Below, one piece after another: positions 43,931 through 54,800 of a stretch of DNA of 64,000 bases. The notes beneath the pieces are model-generated. The model ran no database searches, was not told the origin of the DNA, and saw nothing but the letters and a program-made list of their open reading frames with translations. Position 1 is the stretch's first letter, and each line of letters starts with the position of its first letter. Location: the NCBI RefSeq assembly GCF_963539245.1, contig NZ_CAUTJW010000010.1. One strand, written 5' to 3'. The DNA is from Rothia mucilaginosa. GTDB taxonomy: Bacteria > Actinomycetota > Actinomycetes > Actinomycetales > Micrococcaceae. Made by a program: the position numbers and the translations under genes.

Positions 43931-45532
43931 TTAAAATTCAACGTTAGTACCCAGATATTTATTCATTTCATATTTTTGCATATCTGTATATTTCTTCGGG
44001 TTAGTTTTAACTTCTTCTTCAATGTCATGCATTCCGTACCGCATGACAAAGTTATTAATCGTGACATCCATATACCCTGCACGCCACGGGCCAAAGTGAA
44101 CTTTCCATGAGTAATTCTCAGGATGCTTCTTACGATGCTCATCGTAGGCATCACCACCAACTACCACAATATCCCTACAATTACTCTCAAAGTAGAAACC
44201 CCATCGTGCAGCACGTACATTTTTCTCCTCTTTTACATCGCTGTCACCTACTTTATGGGGATTATCGGAACGTGGAGAGATAAATTTACATTCATGCGAC
44301 CAATTGCTGATATACCAATTGGCTGCTTGATTATTTTGAGCATTGCCATGAACTGTTCTGAAATAGCTAGATGATTCGCCAATGCAACCATCAAAGATAT
44401 TACGTTCAAAATCACACACCCAGCCATGACCTCCATTTTCTTGAGCAGTGCATCCGATGAACATATTACGACTTGCCGCAACATACCACCCTGCACCAGC
44501 CTTACCAGCATATGCGTAATGCGGCTTTCCCTCCTGACGCGACTGATACAGCGAATCCCCAAACGAATACCGGTGGTTATACCAACTCGTTGACTGCGAA
44601 AACTTACACTGCGAAGCGTAGACCTCAATACCGGCATAATTCCTGCCACACTTATTGGCGTCGGATACATCCAACATACTGAACTTATTATCAGCTGCAC
44701 CGATACCATCCACATTAATTGCCTTATGACCAATAGGTTTACCCACAAGGAATCCCTGCCTCCACGTCATACGCACGCGAATGTCATGGACCTTCATAGC
44801 ACGATCATTGAGACCCAAAATAGCAACTCCCATATCTGTATCCCAGATTTCCAGGTTCTCTAGTGTCGCAACTGCTTCAGGCTCAGGTCGATAGTTTTCA
44901 TTTGCATAGTACGTATGCAAAATAACTCCCGCAACACCCTTCATAATGGGAGTATGCCGAGCCCGACTATAAGGGTCGTCCCTATTTAGACGAACATTAT
45001 CAGCATTCGTACGAATAACTAAATCACGAACCCCAAAACGCATAGGAGCCTCAGAGAACCACTGATTAGCCCCCTTATCACCTGGCTTTGGCTTTTCCGG
45101 TCCAGCAACAAGGTAAGATCCAACGTGGAAAACACCAACACACTCCGCTTCGTCTTCGTCCTTCTGCACTAGGCCACCGCCAGGATGAGCAATAATCTGT
45201 GTGGCCTTACCATGCCCAAAGATTTCAACCCGGTCAAGTAGCTGAATAAAAGGAGCACTGACCCTGTACTTTCCAGCAGGAATTTCTAGAGCTCCACCTC
45301 CAGCTGAAGCCAAAGTCCTTACTGCATCATTAATGGCCTGAGTACAATCTTGAGACCCATCAGCTTTCACCTGCGGATTACTCAGGAGATTAATGTAGTT
45401 TTTCGTGTGATTTTGCGGAGTAATTCCACCTTGAACTTCATCAGCATGCGCATCAGCATATACCATTGCTGAGGTAAACGGAACTGACAATGCGGCGCCA
45501 GCAATCATTGAGCGGCGCGATAATGCAGACAT
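43931..45532 (-). CDS. Secreted right-handed beta-helix protein (pectate-lyase-superfamily / tailspike-like glycosidase or lyase)
   Basis: The Tat-like signal is SRRSMIAGAALSVPF. The N-terminal DCTQAINDAVRTLASAGGGALEIPAGKYRV is the Pectate_lyase_3-type motif. Codon usage is AT-rich. The start was set at ATG 45532 behind GGAGA. Confidence 0.7.
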   Translation of the reverse strand: MSALSRRSMIAGAALSVPFTSAMVYADAHADEVQGGITPQNHTKNYINLLSNPQVKADGSQDCTQAINDAVRTLASAGGGALEIPAGKYRVSAPFIQLLDRVEIFGHGKATQIIAHPGGGLVQKDEDEAECVGVFHVGSYLVAGPEKPKPGDKGANQWFSEAPMRFGVRDLVIRTNADNVRLNRDDPYSRARHTPIMKGVAGVILHTYYANENYRPEPEAVATLENLEIWDTDMGVAILGLNDRAMKVHDIRVRMTWRQGFLVGKPIGHKAINVDGIGAADNKFSMLDVSDANKCGRNYAGIEVYASQCKFSQSTSWYNHRYSFGDSLYQSRQEGKPHYAYAGKAGAGWYVAASRNMFIGCTAQENGGHGWVCDFERNIFDGCIGESSSYFRTVHGNAQNNQAANWYISNWSHECKFISPRSDNPHKVGDSDVKEEKNVRAARWGFYFESNCRDIVVVGGDAYDEHRKKHPENYSWKVHFGPWRAGYMDVTINNFVMRYGMHDIEEEVKTNPKKYTDMQKYEMNKYLGTNVEF

Positions 45533-45850
45533 CGCTGTCTCCAATCGTGTTGAGTGAGCATATTAAATGCATCCAGCGCATAAGTATTTTATGACGCATT
45601 AGCACTTAAATCCTGTATACCGATGCGGTATATCTTGGATGTTTTAATCTTATCACTCACGCGAAATAAATTTTATCCATATTTATGGTTTTTGGATTTA
45701 TTCATTTAAAGATAAACCTCATATTAGATAATTATTTAACCCTGACTACAGAAAAGTCTACTCATTACTATAAGCATTTATCAACGTCAGAATGACACTA
45801 ATTCAAAATAGTGCCCTAAATAAGACAGTATGTTACAAATTATCGCAGCT

Positions 45851-45896
45851 AAAAGGACCCCCGATGAGGCATTTAAAGCCTCGCCAGGGGTCCTTC
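45851..45896 (-). terminator. purA terminator (compound hairpin)
   Basis: On the minus strand the hairpin reads AAGGACCCC...GAGGC-loop-GCCTC...GGGGTCCTT, then TTAGC. Confidence 0.6.
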
Positions 45897-45906
45897 GCGT
45901 CAGTTT

Positions 45907-47199
45907 TTAGTCTTCGTTGATGAGGTCGCGAACCACAATGGTCTGGTCACGATCCGGGCCCACACCAATCGCGGAGATACGGCAACCGGAAATCTCTTCC
46001 AGCTTCAGCACGTACTTACGGGCGTTCTCGGGCAGCTCATCCAGGCTCTTCGCATCCGAAATGTTCTCGGTCCAGCCGTCGTAGTACTCGAAAATCGGCT
46101 TAGCGTGGTGGAACTCAGTCTGAGTCATAGGCATCTCGTCGTGGCGCACACCGTCAACGTCGTAAGCCACGCAGACCGGGATCTTATCCAGGCCAGTCAG
46201 CACGTCCAGCTTGGTGATGAACAGGTCGGTGAAACCGTTGATGCGCACAGCCTGACGCGCCAGCACGGCGTCGTACCAGCCGCAACGACGCGGGCGGCCA
46301 GTGTTCACGCCGAACTCGCCGCCGGTGGTGCGCAGGAACTCGCCCATCTCATCGAACAGCTCAGTCGGGAAGGGGCCAGCACCCACGCGAGTAGTGTACG
46401 CCTTCTGAATACCAATCACACGGGAGATGCGGGTCGGGCCCACCCCCGAACCGACGCACGCGCCGCCGGAGGTCGGGTTGGAGGAGGTCACGAACGGGTA
46501 GGTGCCGTGGTCAACGTCCAGGAAGGTTGCCTGGCCGCCCTCCATCAGCAGGGTCTTACCCTCGTCCAGTGCCTTGTTCAGCAGCTGGGTGGTGTCCACA
46601 ATCATCGGCTTCAGACGCTCAGCGTAAGACATGAAGTACTCAACGATCTCGTCAACCTCAACGTGGCGGCGGTTGTAGACCTTCACCAGCAGTTCGTTCT
46701 TCTGGCGCAGTGCGCCTTCAACCTTCTGACGCAGGATCGACTCGTCCAGGATGTCCTGAACACGGATGCCGAGGCGGCCAACCTTATCCATATAGGTCGG
46801 GCCGATACCGCGGCCGGTGGTGCCGATAGCGCGCTTGCCGAGGAAACGCTCAGTCACCTTGTCCATGGTCTGGTGGTAGGGTGCGACCAGGTGTGCGTTA
46901 GCGGAAATCTTCAGGCGGGAGGTGTCAGCGCCGCGGGCCTCAAGGCCGTCAATCTCAGCGAAAAGAGCCTCGGGGTTAACAACCACGCCGTTACCAATCA
47001 CGGGGACGGCGTTCTCGCTCAGAATACCCGCGGGCAGCAGCTTCAGCTCAAACTTCTGGCCGTTCACCACCACGGTGTGACCGGCGTTGTTACCGCCGTT
47101 GGGCTTGACCACGTAGTCTACGCGGGGGCCGAGCAGGTCGGTTGCCTTACCCTTACCCTCATCGCCCCACTGGGCGCCCACAATCACGACAGCTGACAT
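45907..47199 (-). CDS. purA: Adenylosuccinate synthase
   Basis: [20 protein letters not shown] and GTTGRGIGP are present. The start was set at ATG 47199 (MSAVVIVG). Confidence 0.95.
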   Translation of the reverse strand: MSAVVIVGAQWGDEGKGKATDLLGPRVDYVVKPNGGNNAGHTVVVNGQKFELKLLPAGILSENAVPVIGNGVVVNPEALFAEIDGLEARGADTSRLKISANAHLVAPYHQTMDKVTERFLGKRAIGTTGRGIGPTYMDKVGRLGIRVQDILDESILRQKVEGALRQKNELLVKVYNRRHVEVDEIVEYFMSYAERLKPMIVDTTQLLNKALDEGKTLLMEGGQATFLDVDHGTYPFVTSSNPTSGGACVGSGVGPTRISRVIGIQKAYTTRVGAGPFPTELFDEMGEFLRTTGGEFGVNTGRPRRCGWYDAVLARQAVRINGFTDLFITKLDVLTGLDKIPVCVAYDVDGVRHDEMPMTQTEFHHAKPIFEYYDGWTENISDAKSLDELPENARKYVLKLEEISGCRISAIGVGPDRDQTIVVRDLINED

Positions 47200-47434
47200 T
47201 TTGTGCTCCTTGAAAGCCTTGAAGATACGCACCGGATTTCACGGCGCGGCGGCGACCTACCGCCTCATGATCCGGGTAGGCATACCTCTTCTAATGATAC
47301 CGTGCCCGTCCCTTTAAGTCCCGTGTGACGGGGCGGTAGGCGTTCCGGATCCGGTGCCGGTGAGCCTCACGGGGCACGGCGACGCCCCCATCCGATATTC
47401 GGACGGGGGCGCTACCGGTATGAGCTGATGAAGA

Positions 47435-47905
47435 CTACTTGATGATCTCGATGAAGGTCATCGGGTAGGTGTACTGCTCACCGCGGTTTGCGGCCATAGC
47501 AGCCAGGCTGTGGAAGATAACCATCAGGATAGCCACAACCATCGGGACGACCCACAGGATGATGCCCAGGATGCCGAAGGTCAGAATAATCAGCAGCCAG
47601 GAAGCCATGCTGATGACCCACAGGGAGAAGTTGAAGTTGAACGCGCGGCGGGATGCTTCCTTAGTGAAGGAGTAACCGGGCTTGTCCTTGTAGATGAACC
47701 ACATGACCAGCGGCGCGAGAATACTTGCGGTTGCGAAGGACAGCAGAGACAGAATTGCAGAAGCCAGGTGCGCGAGCATCGCCATGTTCTGGTCGTCCTT
47801 GGAGGAGACTACGTAACCGTTGGGCTGCTGACCCGGCGCCTGCGAGTAGGAGGGTGCCTGCTGGGAGTACTGGTTGTACTGTTCAGGGTTCGGGTTCTGG
47901 GACAT
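47435..47905 (-). CDS. DUF4870-family membrane protein with a Q/P-rich N-terminus
   Basis: NMAMLAHLASAILSL...VMWFIYKDKPGYSFTKEASRRAFNFNFSLW is the typical DUF4870 core. Confidence 0.7.
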   Translation of the reverse strand: MSQNPNPEQYNQYSQQAPSYSQAPGQQPNGYVVSSKDDQNMAMLAHLASAILSLLSFATASILAPLVMWFIYKDKPGYSFTKEASRRAFNFNFSLWVISMASWLLIILTFGILGIILWVVPMVVAILMVIFHSLAAMAANRGEQYTYPMTFIEIIK

Positions 47906-47940
47906 CTTTCTTTTCCTTAATCTATCGATGAGTGGATACA

Positions 47941-47976
47941 GCTAATCGTTGAGGTGCGGCTAATCGTTGAGGCGCG
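47941..47976. repeat. Tandem 18-mer x2 in the upstream region of the DUF4870 gene
   Basis: GCTAATCGTTGAGGTGCG is followed directly by GCTAATCGTTGAGGCGCG. A degenerate GCTAACTCG follows. Confidence 0.8.
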
Positions 47977-48128
47977 GCGGCAGGCTAACTCGCCGTTTTC
48001 GGCGGGTGCCCGCCTCGCTCTGCCAGGTCGCAACGCTCGTGATGGTTTCACCCTATCAAGGCAAGGTAAATGGAATATTAACCCTCGCCGGACAGCAGGC
48101 GAAGAAACCCGAATATGACAAGAAAAAG

Positions 48129-48176
48129 ACGCCCTGCCCCTCCACGCGGTCATATGTGCGTGGAGGGGCAGGGCGT
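48129..48176 (-). terminator. Rho-independent terminator of the 48207-49436 gene
   Basis: ACGCCCTGCCCCTCCACGC-10 nt-GCGTGGAGGGGCAGGGCGT is a perfect 19-bp stem. CTTTTTCTTG follows on the minus strand. Confidence 0.8.
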
Positions 48177-48206
48177 TATACGGTTCTGGGCGGCATGCTT
48201 CGGGGT

Positions 48207-49436
48207 CTAGCCCTGTTTCTCTACACCGGGTGAGCCAGGATGCGCGGCGGGCTTATGTAGCGCGGCAGGCTCGCGCTGTGCTGCAGGCTCGCGTAGCTTT
48301 GCGCGTTCCTGCTTTTTCAGCGCCTCATACTCATCGAAAAAACCCTGTTTCTTCGTGTAGCCGTTGATGCCCGTGTAGTCGTCCGGCAGGCGGTTGTACA
48401 CCAGGTAGTACCAGAACTCGGCATGTGTCGTCTTTGTTTTCTGGATGAGTTCCCTCAGCCGGTTCTTATGCTTCACCGCCTGAACAATACCCACAATCCA
48501 CAGAATCGGCACCACCAAAAATGATCCCACACCGATAGTGATGAAGAAGAGCAACATCGACATGCCGGCACTAGAATCGAACATGCTCACCAAAGGAACC
48601 AGCACAAACGGGTTCAGTATCAGTAGGACAATAAGCACGGTCTTCCAGAATGTGCGCTGACTCTCGATCTCTTCAATGTTGGAGCCAGCAAACGGATTAT
48701 TGATGGGTACATAGCCCACCGGTTGCTGCTTGGCCGCCCGCGATACGGGGTTCTCCTCAATCTTGACCGGGTTCAGGTGGACAGCACACGCCTGCATGGG
48801 CGCGGAGGATTCAAGCGAGCGGTCCAGCAGGCGCATTTCGATAAGTTCCGAGTCGGGGATGCCGAAGAACGGCTCAGGAATAACCGGCAGAATAGCGCCC
48901 GGATGCAGACCGAGGTGTTCCAGCCGAACGTACTCGCCGTAGGCGTGCGTTGCCTGAGCCTGCATAGCCTGGGCCTGCTCTTGCTGAGCCTGTTCAGTGG
49001 AGGCGAGCACTACCGGGTGGTTCGCCTCCTCGTCCTTGCGAGATTCGTGAGTGTCTTCTGTGGTATCTTCTGGGGTGTCTTCCGGCTCGTCGATGTCGTC
49101 GGCGTCGTGGGAGTCTTCGGGTTCGCCCTCTTCATGCTCAGCGTCTTCATCTTCTAAGTCTTCTAAGTTCTTCCGAGCGGAGTCGTAGCGCTTGGGGGCA
49201 CCCGGGTAGACGTATTCATAATCGGGGTCGGGGTGTTCTAGCTCTTCGTCGTCGGATTCTTCATATAGCTCAGCGTCTTCTGTCGACGACTGCTGGTCCA
49301 TGAGTAGCGCCATGTATTCCGGGACGGACTGGTCGGTGTCCCAGAGGGGCTGGTACGCCTCTTCCTTCTTTGCAGTTTCCCTCTTTGCGGCTTCATTCTT
49401 TGCGGCTTCATTCTTTGCAGTGGGGCGGTCTGTCAT
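48207..49436 (-). CDS. Membrane protein of unknown function, paralog A (acidic N-terminus, 2-3 TM, FWYYLVYNRLP motif)
   Basis: It shares YQPLWDTDQ near the N-terminus and FW(Y/F)YLVY(N/D)RLP after the TM hairpin with the next gene. Confidence 0.6.
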   Translation of the reverse strand: MTDRPTAKNEAAKNEAAKRETAKKEEAYQPLWDTDQSVPEYMALLMDQQSSTEDAELYEESDDEELEHPDPDYEYVYPGAPKRYDSARKNLEDLEDEDAEHEEGEPEDSHDADDIDEPEDTPEDTTEDTHESRKDEEANHPVVLASTEQAQQEQAQAMQAQATHAYGEYVRLEHLGLHPGAILPVIPEPFFGIPDSELIEMRLLDRSLESSAPMQACAVHLNPVKIEENPVSRAAKQQPVGYVPINNPFAGSNIEEIESQRTFWKTVLIVLLILNPFVLVPLVSMFDSSAGMSMLLFFITIGVGSFLVVPILWIVGIVQAVKHKNRLRELIQKTKTTHAEFWYYLVYNRLPDDYTGINGYTKKQGFFDEYEALKKQERAKLREPAAQREPAALHKPAAHPGSPGVEKQG

Positions 49437-49617
49437 GGTCGTCTCCTTTGTTTACCAGACATACTCCTAGCGGCACCACCGTACCAGCGTGCGCTGGGCA
49501 CTCCCTTGAAACCTACCGAACGAAAGCTGAGAAAAACCCCCGAACAAGCGCTAACACTGAAGTGTTAACACTGCCGGGGGTCAGCACTACGGGAGCTGGG
49601 GTATTCAGAGGAATCTT

Positions 49618-50571
49618 TTATGATGCATCCGTGTGGTTTGGGGCGTTCGGCGGCGCAGGGGTGGGAGCCGCCGCCGCAGAGGACATCGAAGACGTTGCCC
49701 CCAGGATTTCCTGCATTTCCTCGGCGTTCTTGGGCAGACGGTCGTACACCAGATAGAACCAGAACTGCCCAAGCGGCATGGCCTCCTGCTTCAATTCCTG
49801 GCGCTTCCGATCGAGCCGGTACAGCGTATAAATCAGCGCGCTAATCCACAGGAACAGGGGAAGACCAAAAGTCACTGTGGTAATCATCAAGAAGATGTAG
49901 AAGACATAACCACCAGCGCCAGAAACCCCGGTGCTAGAAGCCAAGAAAATATAAGTCAGGGGATTAAACACCACACCAATGAAAAAGAGGGCGATGAGCT
50001 CAGGCCAGGCCTTCTTCCACAGGTCTGATCCGCTCACCTTGCCCGCAACCGGTGCCGCAGGGATGTACCCGATAGGTCGAGGCGCACCCTCTACTTTCTC
50101 GCCCAACCAGGAGGGGAACGCGGACGGCGCCTGCTGGTTTGCAGATGCAGCAGTATCCGTGCCCATGGGGGACATTCGGCGCATCGTAGGGCCCGGGCGA
50201 CCGTACAGCGGTCGGTTCAGCACCGGGTGCCCTGTCGCCGACGGGAAAAAGTTTGCAGCCTGCGCAGAGGGTGCGGGAGCAGAAACCGACAGAGCGGGCG
50301 CTGCAGAATCGGGCACAGCGGGACTGGGCGCTGTCAGGGCGGGTGTAACCGTATCGGCAGGCGCGGATGCAGAACGAGCCTTCTGTATCGCCAGGACCTC
50401 CTTCACCGGCTCGGGAATCTCCCCGGTCGGCGCGGCAACCGGCGTTCCATGAAGCAGCAAAGCCGAGTAATCGGGGGCGGGCTGATCCGTATCCCACAGG
50501 GGCTGATACTTACCATCGCTCTTCTCGGTCGGGTTCTGCGGGTTTTTCGGTGCTTCGCTATGCTCCGCCAC
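49618..50571 (-). CDS. Membrane protein of unknown function, paralog B
   Basis: YQPLWDTDQ and FWFYLVYDRLP are present. The start was moved to GTG 50571, 5 nt after GGAGGAGG; the track start is TTG 50586. Confidence 0.6.
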   Translation of the reverse strand: MAEHSEAPKNPQNPTEKSDGKYQPLWDTDQPAPDYSALLLHGTPVAAPTGEIPEPVKEVLAIQKARSASAPADTVTPALTAPSPAVPDSAAPALSVSAPAPSAQAANFFPSATGHPVLNRPLYGRPGPTMRRMSPMGTDTAASANQQAPSAFPSWLGEKVEGAPRPIGYIPAAPVAGKVSGSDLWKKAWPELIALFFIGVVFNPLTYIFLASSTGVSGAGGYVFYIFLMITTVTFGLPLFLWISALIYTLYRLDRKRQELKQEAMPLGQFWFYLVYDRLPKNAEEMQEILGATSSMSSAAAAPTPAPPNAPNHTDAS

Positions 50572-50655
50572 GGCAACCTCCTCCAATGCTTGTCTGCTGT
50601 TATGTGTCTGTTGTGTTGTCTAAAGTGTGTGTTCAGTACGCGGGGGCTCATCTGC

Positions 50656-51489
50656 TTAAGCCTCGTCCGATTCGTTAAGCCGCACAAGGCTCAGAATCCA
50701 CGCCATACACCAGATGATGCCGGGGATCCCCATGAGCCCTGCGCTCACCTGATTCACCGTCACAAAGAGAGCTGCGACGAGTGACCCATCCCCGAACAGG
50801 CCCGCAATGGAGAGAATCGCCGCCGCAATATACGGATTCAGGACGGAAACGGCAAAGAACAAAAGCCGCGCATTCCCCTTCTGAGACGAAGTGGGCAGGG
50901 GGCCAGGGTCCATCACCGGTTGGTCGATACCATCATCTTGCTGAGGCGAAGCGTCGCCCTCCTGGTTTGTTTCAGAGGGCGGGGCGCACTCGTACACCAG
51001 CCGGAACGTGAGTTTCTCCTCGGCCTTACGCCTCCAGATGAGCTGCACCATCACACCTAAGAAATTGATGAGAGCCCACAGGGAGAAAATGAACAGTACC
51101 AGCGGAAGAATACCGATGCTTAGTATCAAAAATCCTAGGGATGCCACAAAAAGAGATTCCAGGGTTTCTTCGCCCAGAATAGGACCTGCCAGTATATAGG
51201 CGAAAGGATCCGCCACGATAGCCAACGCTAGGTACGCCAGCGCCTCCACCACGCGTCTGCCAGTGTCCGGCTTGCGGTCAGGAACCGGCACGGGGCTGTA
51301 GCCGACCAGCTCACCGCCGTGTTCCTCCGGCGATTCTCCATTGGGGAGAGTTCCCTGAACATCGTCCGCGTGGATGCGCATCAGATCTGGATCGGGACGA
51401 CCGTAAATAACCTGCGGCGCCACCTTCAAAACACGCTGACGAGGGGAAACAGACTGGTTTTCGATGGGCTGATTCTTATCGGCGGTCAT
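50656..51489 (-). CDS. Membrane protein of unknown function, distant paralog C
   Basis: It has the same layout (a cytoplasmic N-terminus with a GY.P motif, then a TM hairpin, then LTFRLVYECAPP) plus a second TM pair. Similarity to A and B is weak. Confidence 0.5.
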   Translation of the reverse strand: MTADKNQPIENQSVSPRQRVLKVAPQVIYGRPDPDLMRIHADDVQGTLPNGESPEEHGGELVGYSPVPVPDRKPDTGRRVVEALAYLALAIVADPFAYILAGPILGEETLESLFVASLGFLILSIGILPLVLFIFSLWALINFLGVMVQLIWRRKAEEKLTFRLVYECAPPSETNQEGDASPQQDDGIDQPVMDPGPLPTSSQKGNARLLFFAVSVLNPYIAAAILSIAGLFGDGSLVAALFVTVNQVSAGLMGIPGIIWCMAWILSLVRLNESDEA

Positions 51490-51826
51490 GATTCCTCCTC
51501 ATCAGTGCAATACAGCAATGTCGCAGGTGAACTACCGTCGAGCGGGGTGCATTCGTACACCAGCATTTTTGATAGATGTTCAATAGATGGTTTTACACTA
51601 ACAACCCAACCTGAAAAGAAGCTGAGCCCGAGCGCGAATGAAAAGCATGAAAAAGAAAAGGGTCGAACATGTCCACAATTTGATGCATTTAGAAGTAATA
51701 AACGCTTCACAAGCCATTTTGAGGTGTATCCTAGTTCACATCTAGTGTGTTCAAGTTCATCTAGAACCCACCAGAAAAAACACACCAGCCTCCCCCAACA
51801 CTGTGGGAGCCAAGCAAAGGAGCACC

Positions 51827-54800
51827 GTGCAACACACCGCCTCCCCAAACCCCCGCGGCCGGTCGCACCGACGCCGAATCGGCAGCGGGCTACTCACCCT
51901 CAGCATGGCGCTGAGCCCCCTCGCAGCACTGGGCACCACCGCCCACGCCGCAGAAGACCCCGACGCCGTCAAGCAGGTACTCAGCGAAAGCATGAAGAAC
52001 GCCAGCGGCACCGTCACCGCCTTCGTCCGCTTCAAGGGTAAGGGCGCATTCGAGCAGACCCAGCCCGCAGGCGTACTCGCTGGCACGCAGGCACCCGTCA
52101 ACCGCAGCTCGCAGGTGCAAGCCATCGCCTCCCAGGTGCAGAGCCAGGCACAGCAGGTCAGCAGCCAGTCCGGCGCGCAGGTCCTCTACACCACCCACAA
52201 CGCGGTACGCGGCGTGGCAGTGCGCGGTGACGCCGAGTCCATCAAGGCACTCGCCAACCGCTCCGACGTAGAGAAAATCTCGCCCATCCTACCCAAGTAC
52301 CGCCAGAACGCGGGCGCCGCCGTTGACGCAGGCTCCCTCGCCACCTGGACCGGCACCACCAACCCCGCCGGCGCGGGCGGATACACCGGCAAGGGCGTGA
52401 AGATCGCCGTCATCGACTCCGGTATCGACTACACCCACACCGACTTCGGCGGTAGCGGCAAGCTCGAAGACTACGAGAAGGCATCCAAGCTCACCGAGCT
52501 GCCCTCCGCAGACTCCGGACTCATTAACCGCACCAAGGTCGCTGGCGGCTACGACCTCGTTGGTGACGCCTACGACGGCACCAACACCCCAACCCCCGAC
52601 GGCAACCCGCTCGACTGCACCACCGGCGGCCACGGCACCCACGTGGCGGGCACCGCGGCAGGCTACGGCGTGAACGCCGACGGCAGCACCTTCACCGGTG
52701 ACTACAGCAAGCTCACCGCAGAGCAGCTCAAGACTATGAAGATCGGCCCCGGTGTTGCCCCCGAGGCTGAAATCTACGCCTTCCGCGTCTTCGGTTGCAG
52801 CGGCAGCACCAACGTCGTCATTGAGGCGCTCGATCGCACCCTTGACCCCAACGGTGACGGCGACTTCTCCGACCGCGCGAACGTGGTCAACATGTCCCTC
52901 GGCGGCGAATTCTCCCCGCAGGACGACCCCGAAGCCTACGCCGTTGACGCGCTCACCCGCGCCGGCGTGCTCTCCGTCATCTCCGCGGGTAACGCCAACG
53001 ACTACAGCCTGCGCGGTGACACCTACTCCAACTCGGGTCACCCCGCCACCGCATCCAGCGCAATCACCGTGGCTAACGCCTACGGCTCCACCCGCGCCGT
53101 CGATGCTGCAGAGCTGACCGACCCCGCCACCGGCACCACCCGCAAGGTACGCGGCGACTACAGCGTCTCCTACCCCTGGGCACAGGCAGGTAGCAAGGAA
53201 TTCACCGGTGAAGTCACCGCAATCTCCGAGAACAACCGCTACGCCTGCAACGCCCTCAGCGCTACTGAAGCGGCAGCTGTAAAGGGCAAGTGGGTGCTCA
53301 TCGACTGGGCTGAAGCTAACGGTGACCTCACCTGCGGCTCCAAGGTGCGCTTCGACAACCTGGAGGCGGCAGGCGCCAAGGGCGTACTGCTTGCAGGCCA
53401 TGACGAAGAGCCCGGCCTGGGTATTGCCGGTAACGACACCCTGCCCGGTTTCCGCCTGGCAGCATCCGCCGCTAAGGACCTGCGCGCACAGATCACCGCA
53501 GCAGAAGCGGCAGGCAAGCCCCTGACCGTGCGCCTCGGCAACGACCTGAAGTCCTCCCTGCGCGTGGACACCGACAAGCTGGATCAGCTGAACCCCATGA
53601 GTGCCCGCGGCTTCCACGGCAGCTACGGCTACACCAAGCCCGACATTGCGGCACCCGGCTCGTACATCACCTCCGCGGCGGTAGCGACCGGTAACAACTC
53701 CGTGACCTTCAGCGGCACCTCCATGGCGGCACCCTACGTTACCGGCTCCGCTGCACTGGTCATGCAGAGCCACCCGACCTACACCCCCGCACAGGTCAAG
53801 TCCGCCCTCATGAACACCGCCACCCACGATGTGCGCACCGAATCCGGTGCCGCATACGCGGTGGACCGTGTGGGTGCTGGACGAGTCGACACCCTCGCTG
53901 CCGTGCAGTCGAAGTCCCTCGTCTACAACGCTGACAAGAGCGGTACCGTGTCCCTGAGCTTTGGCGTGCTTGAGTACGCACCGGATGCGGGCGTTCAGAC
54001 CCTCACCCGCGAGGTGACGGTCGAGAACACCGATTCCGTGGCACACACCTACGCCCTGTCCTACGCTGAAAGCACTAATATTCCCGGCGTGGAATATTCC
54101 TTCCCCTCCTCGGTCACCCTCGCACCCGGTGAAACTAAGAAGTTCGAACTGAGCGTGCGCATCGACCCGTCCAAGCTGGAGAAGACCCGCGACGCGGCAA
54201 TGGACGCAACCCAGAACGCAACTGACTACTACACCGGCAAGGAAACCGTTCCCGCACAGTACCGTCAGTACATTGCGAGCGCATCCGGCCGACTCGTCCT
54301 CACTGAAGACGGCACCAAGGCACTGCGCCTGCCCATCCACGTGGCGCCCAAGCCCGTGAGCACCATGCACGCTGCCGAAGACACCGTCACCTTCGCCCAG
54401 AAGCCCTCTAGCGACGAGGCACAGAAGGCAGACACCGGCTGGACCAAGTCCCAGATTTCGCTGCGCGGCACCGAGGTCAACCAGGGTGGCTACCGCTCCC
54501 TGCTTGGCGCTTTCGAGTACGGTGCGAGCGTGGACCGTGTAGCTCCCACCTCGCTGTCGCTGAACAGCAACGTTAAGGCGAACCTGCAGTACGTTGGTGC
54601 TTCCTCGGATGCGCCCGCACTGAAGGCTGCCGGCGGCAACGCCGATGACGGCACCCTGCGCTTCGGTATCTCCACCTGGGCGAACTGGGATGTTGTCTCC
54701 TACGAGAACACCTTCACCGTAGAAATCGACACTGACGGCAACAACCGCGCCGACTACAAGCTGGTCACCGACCGCGCTAAGGGCCTGGACTACCCGCTGG

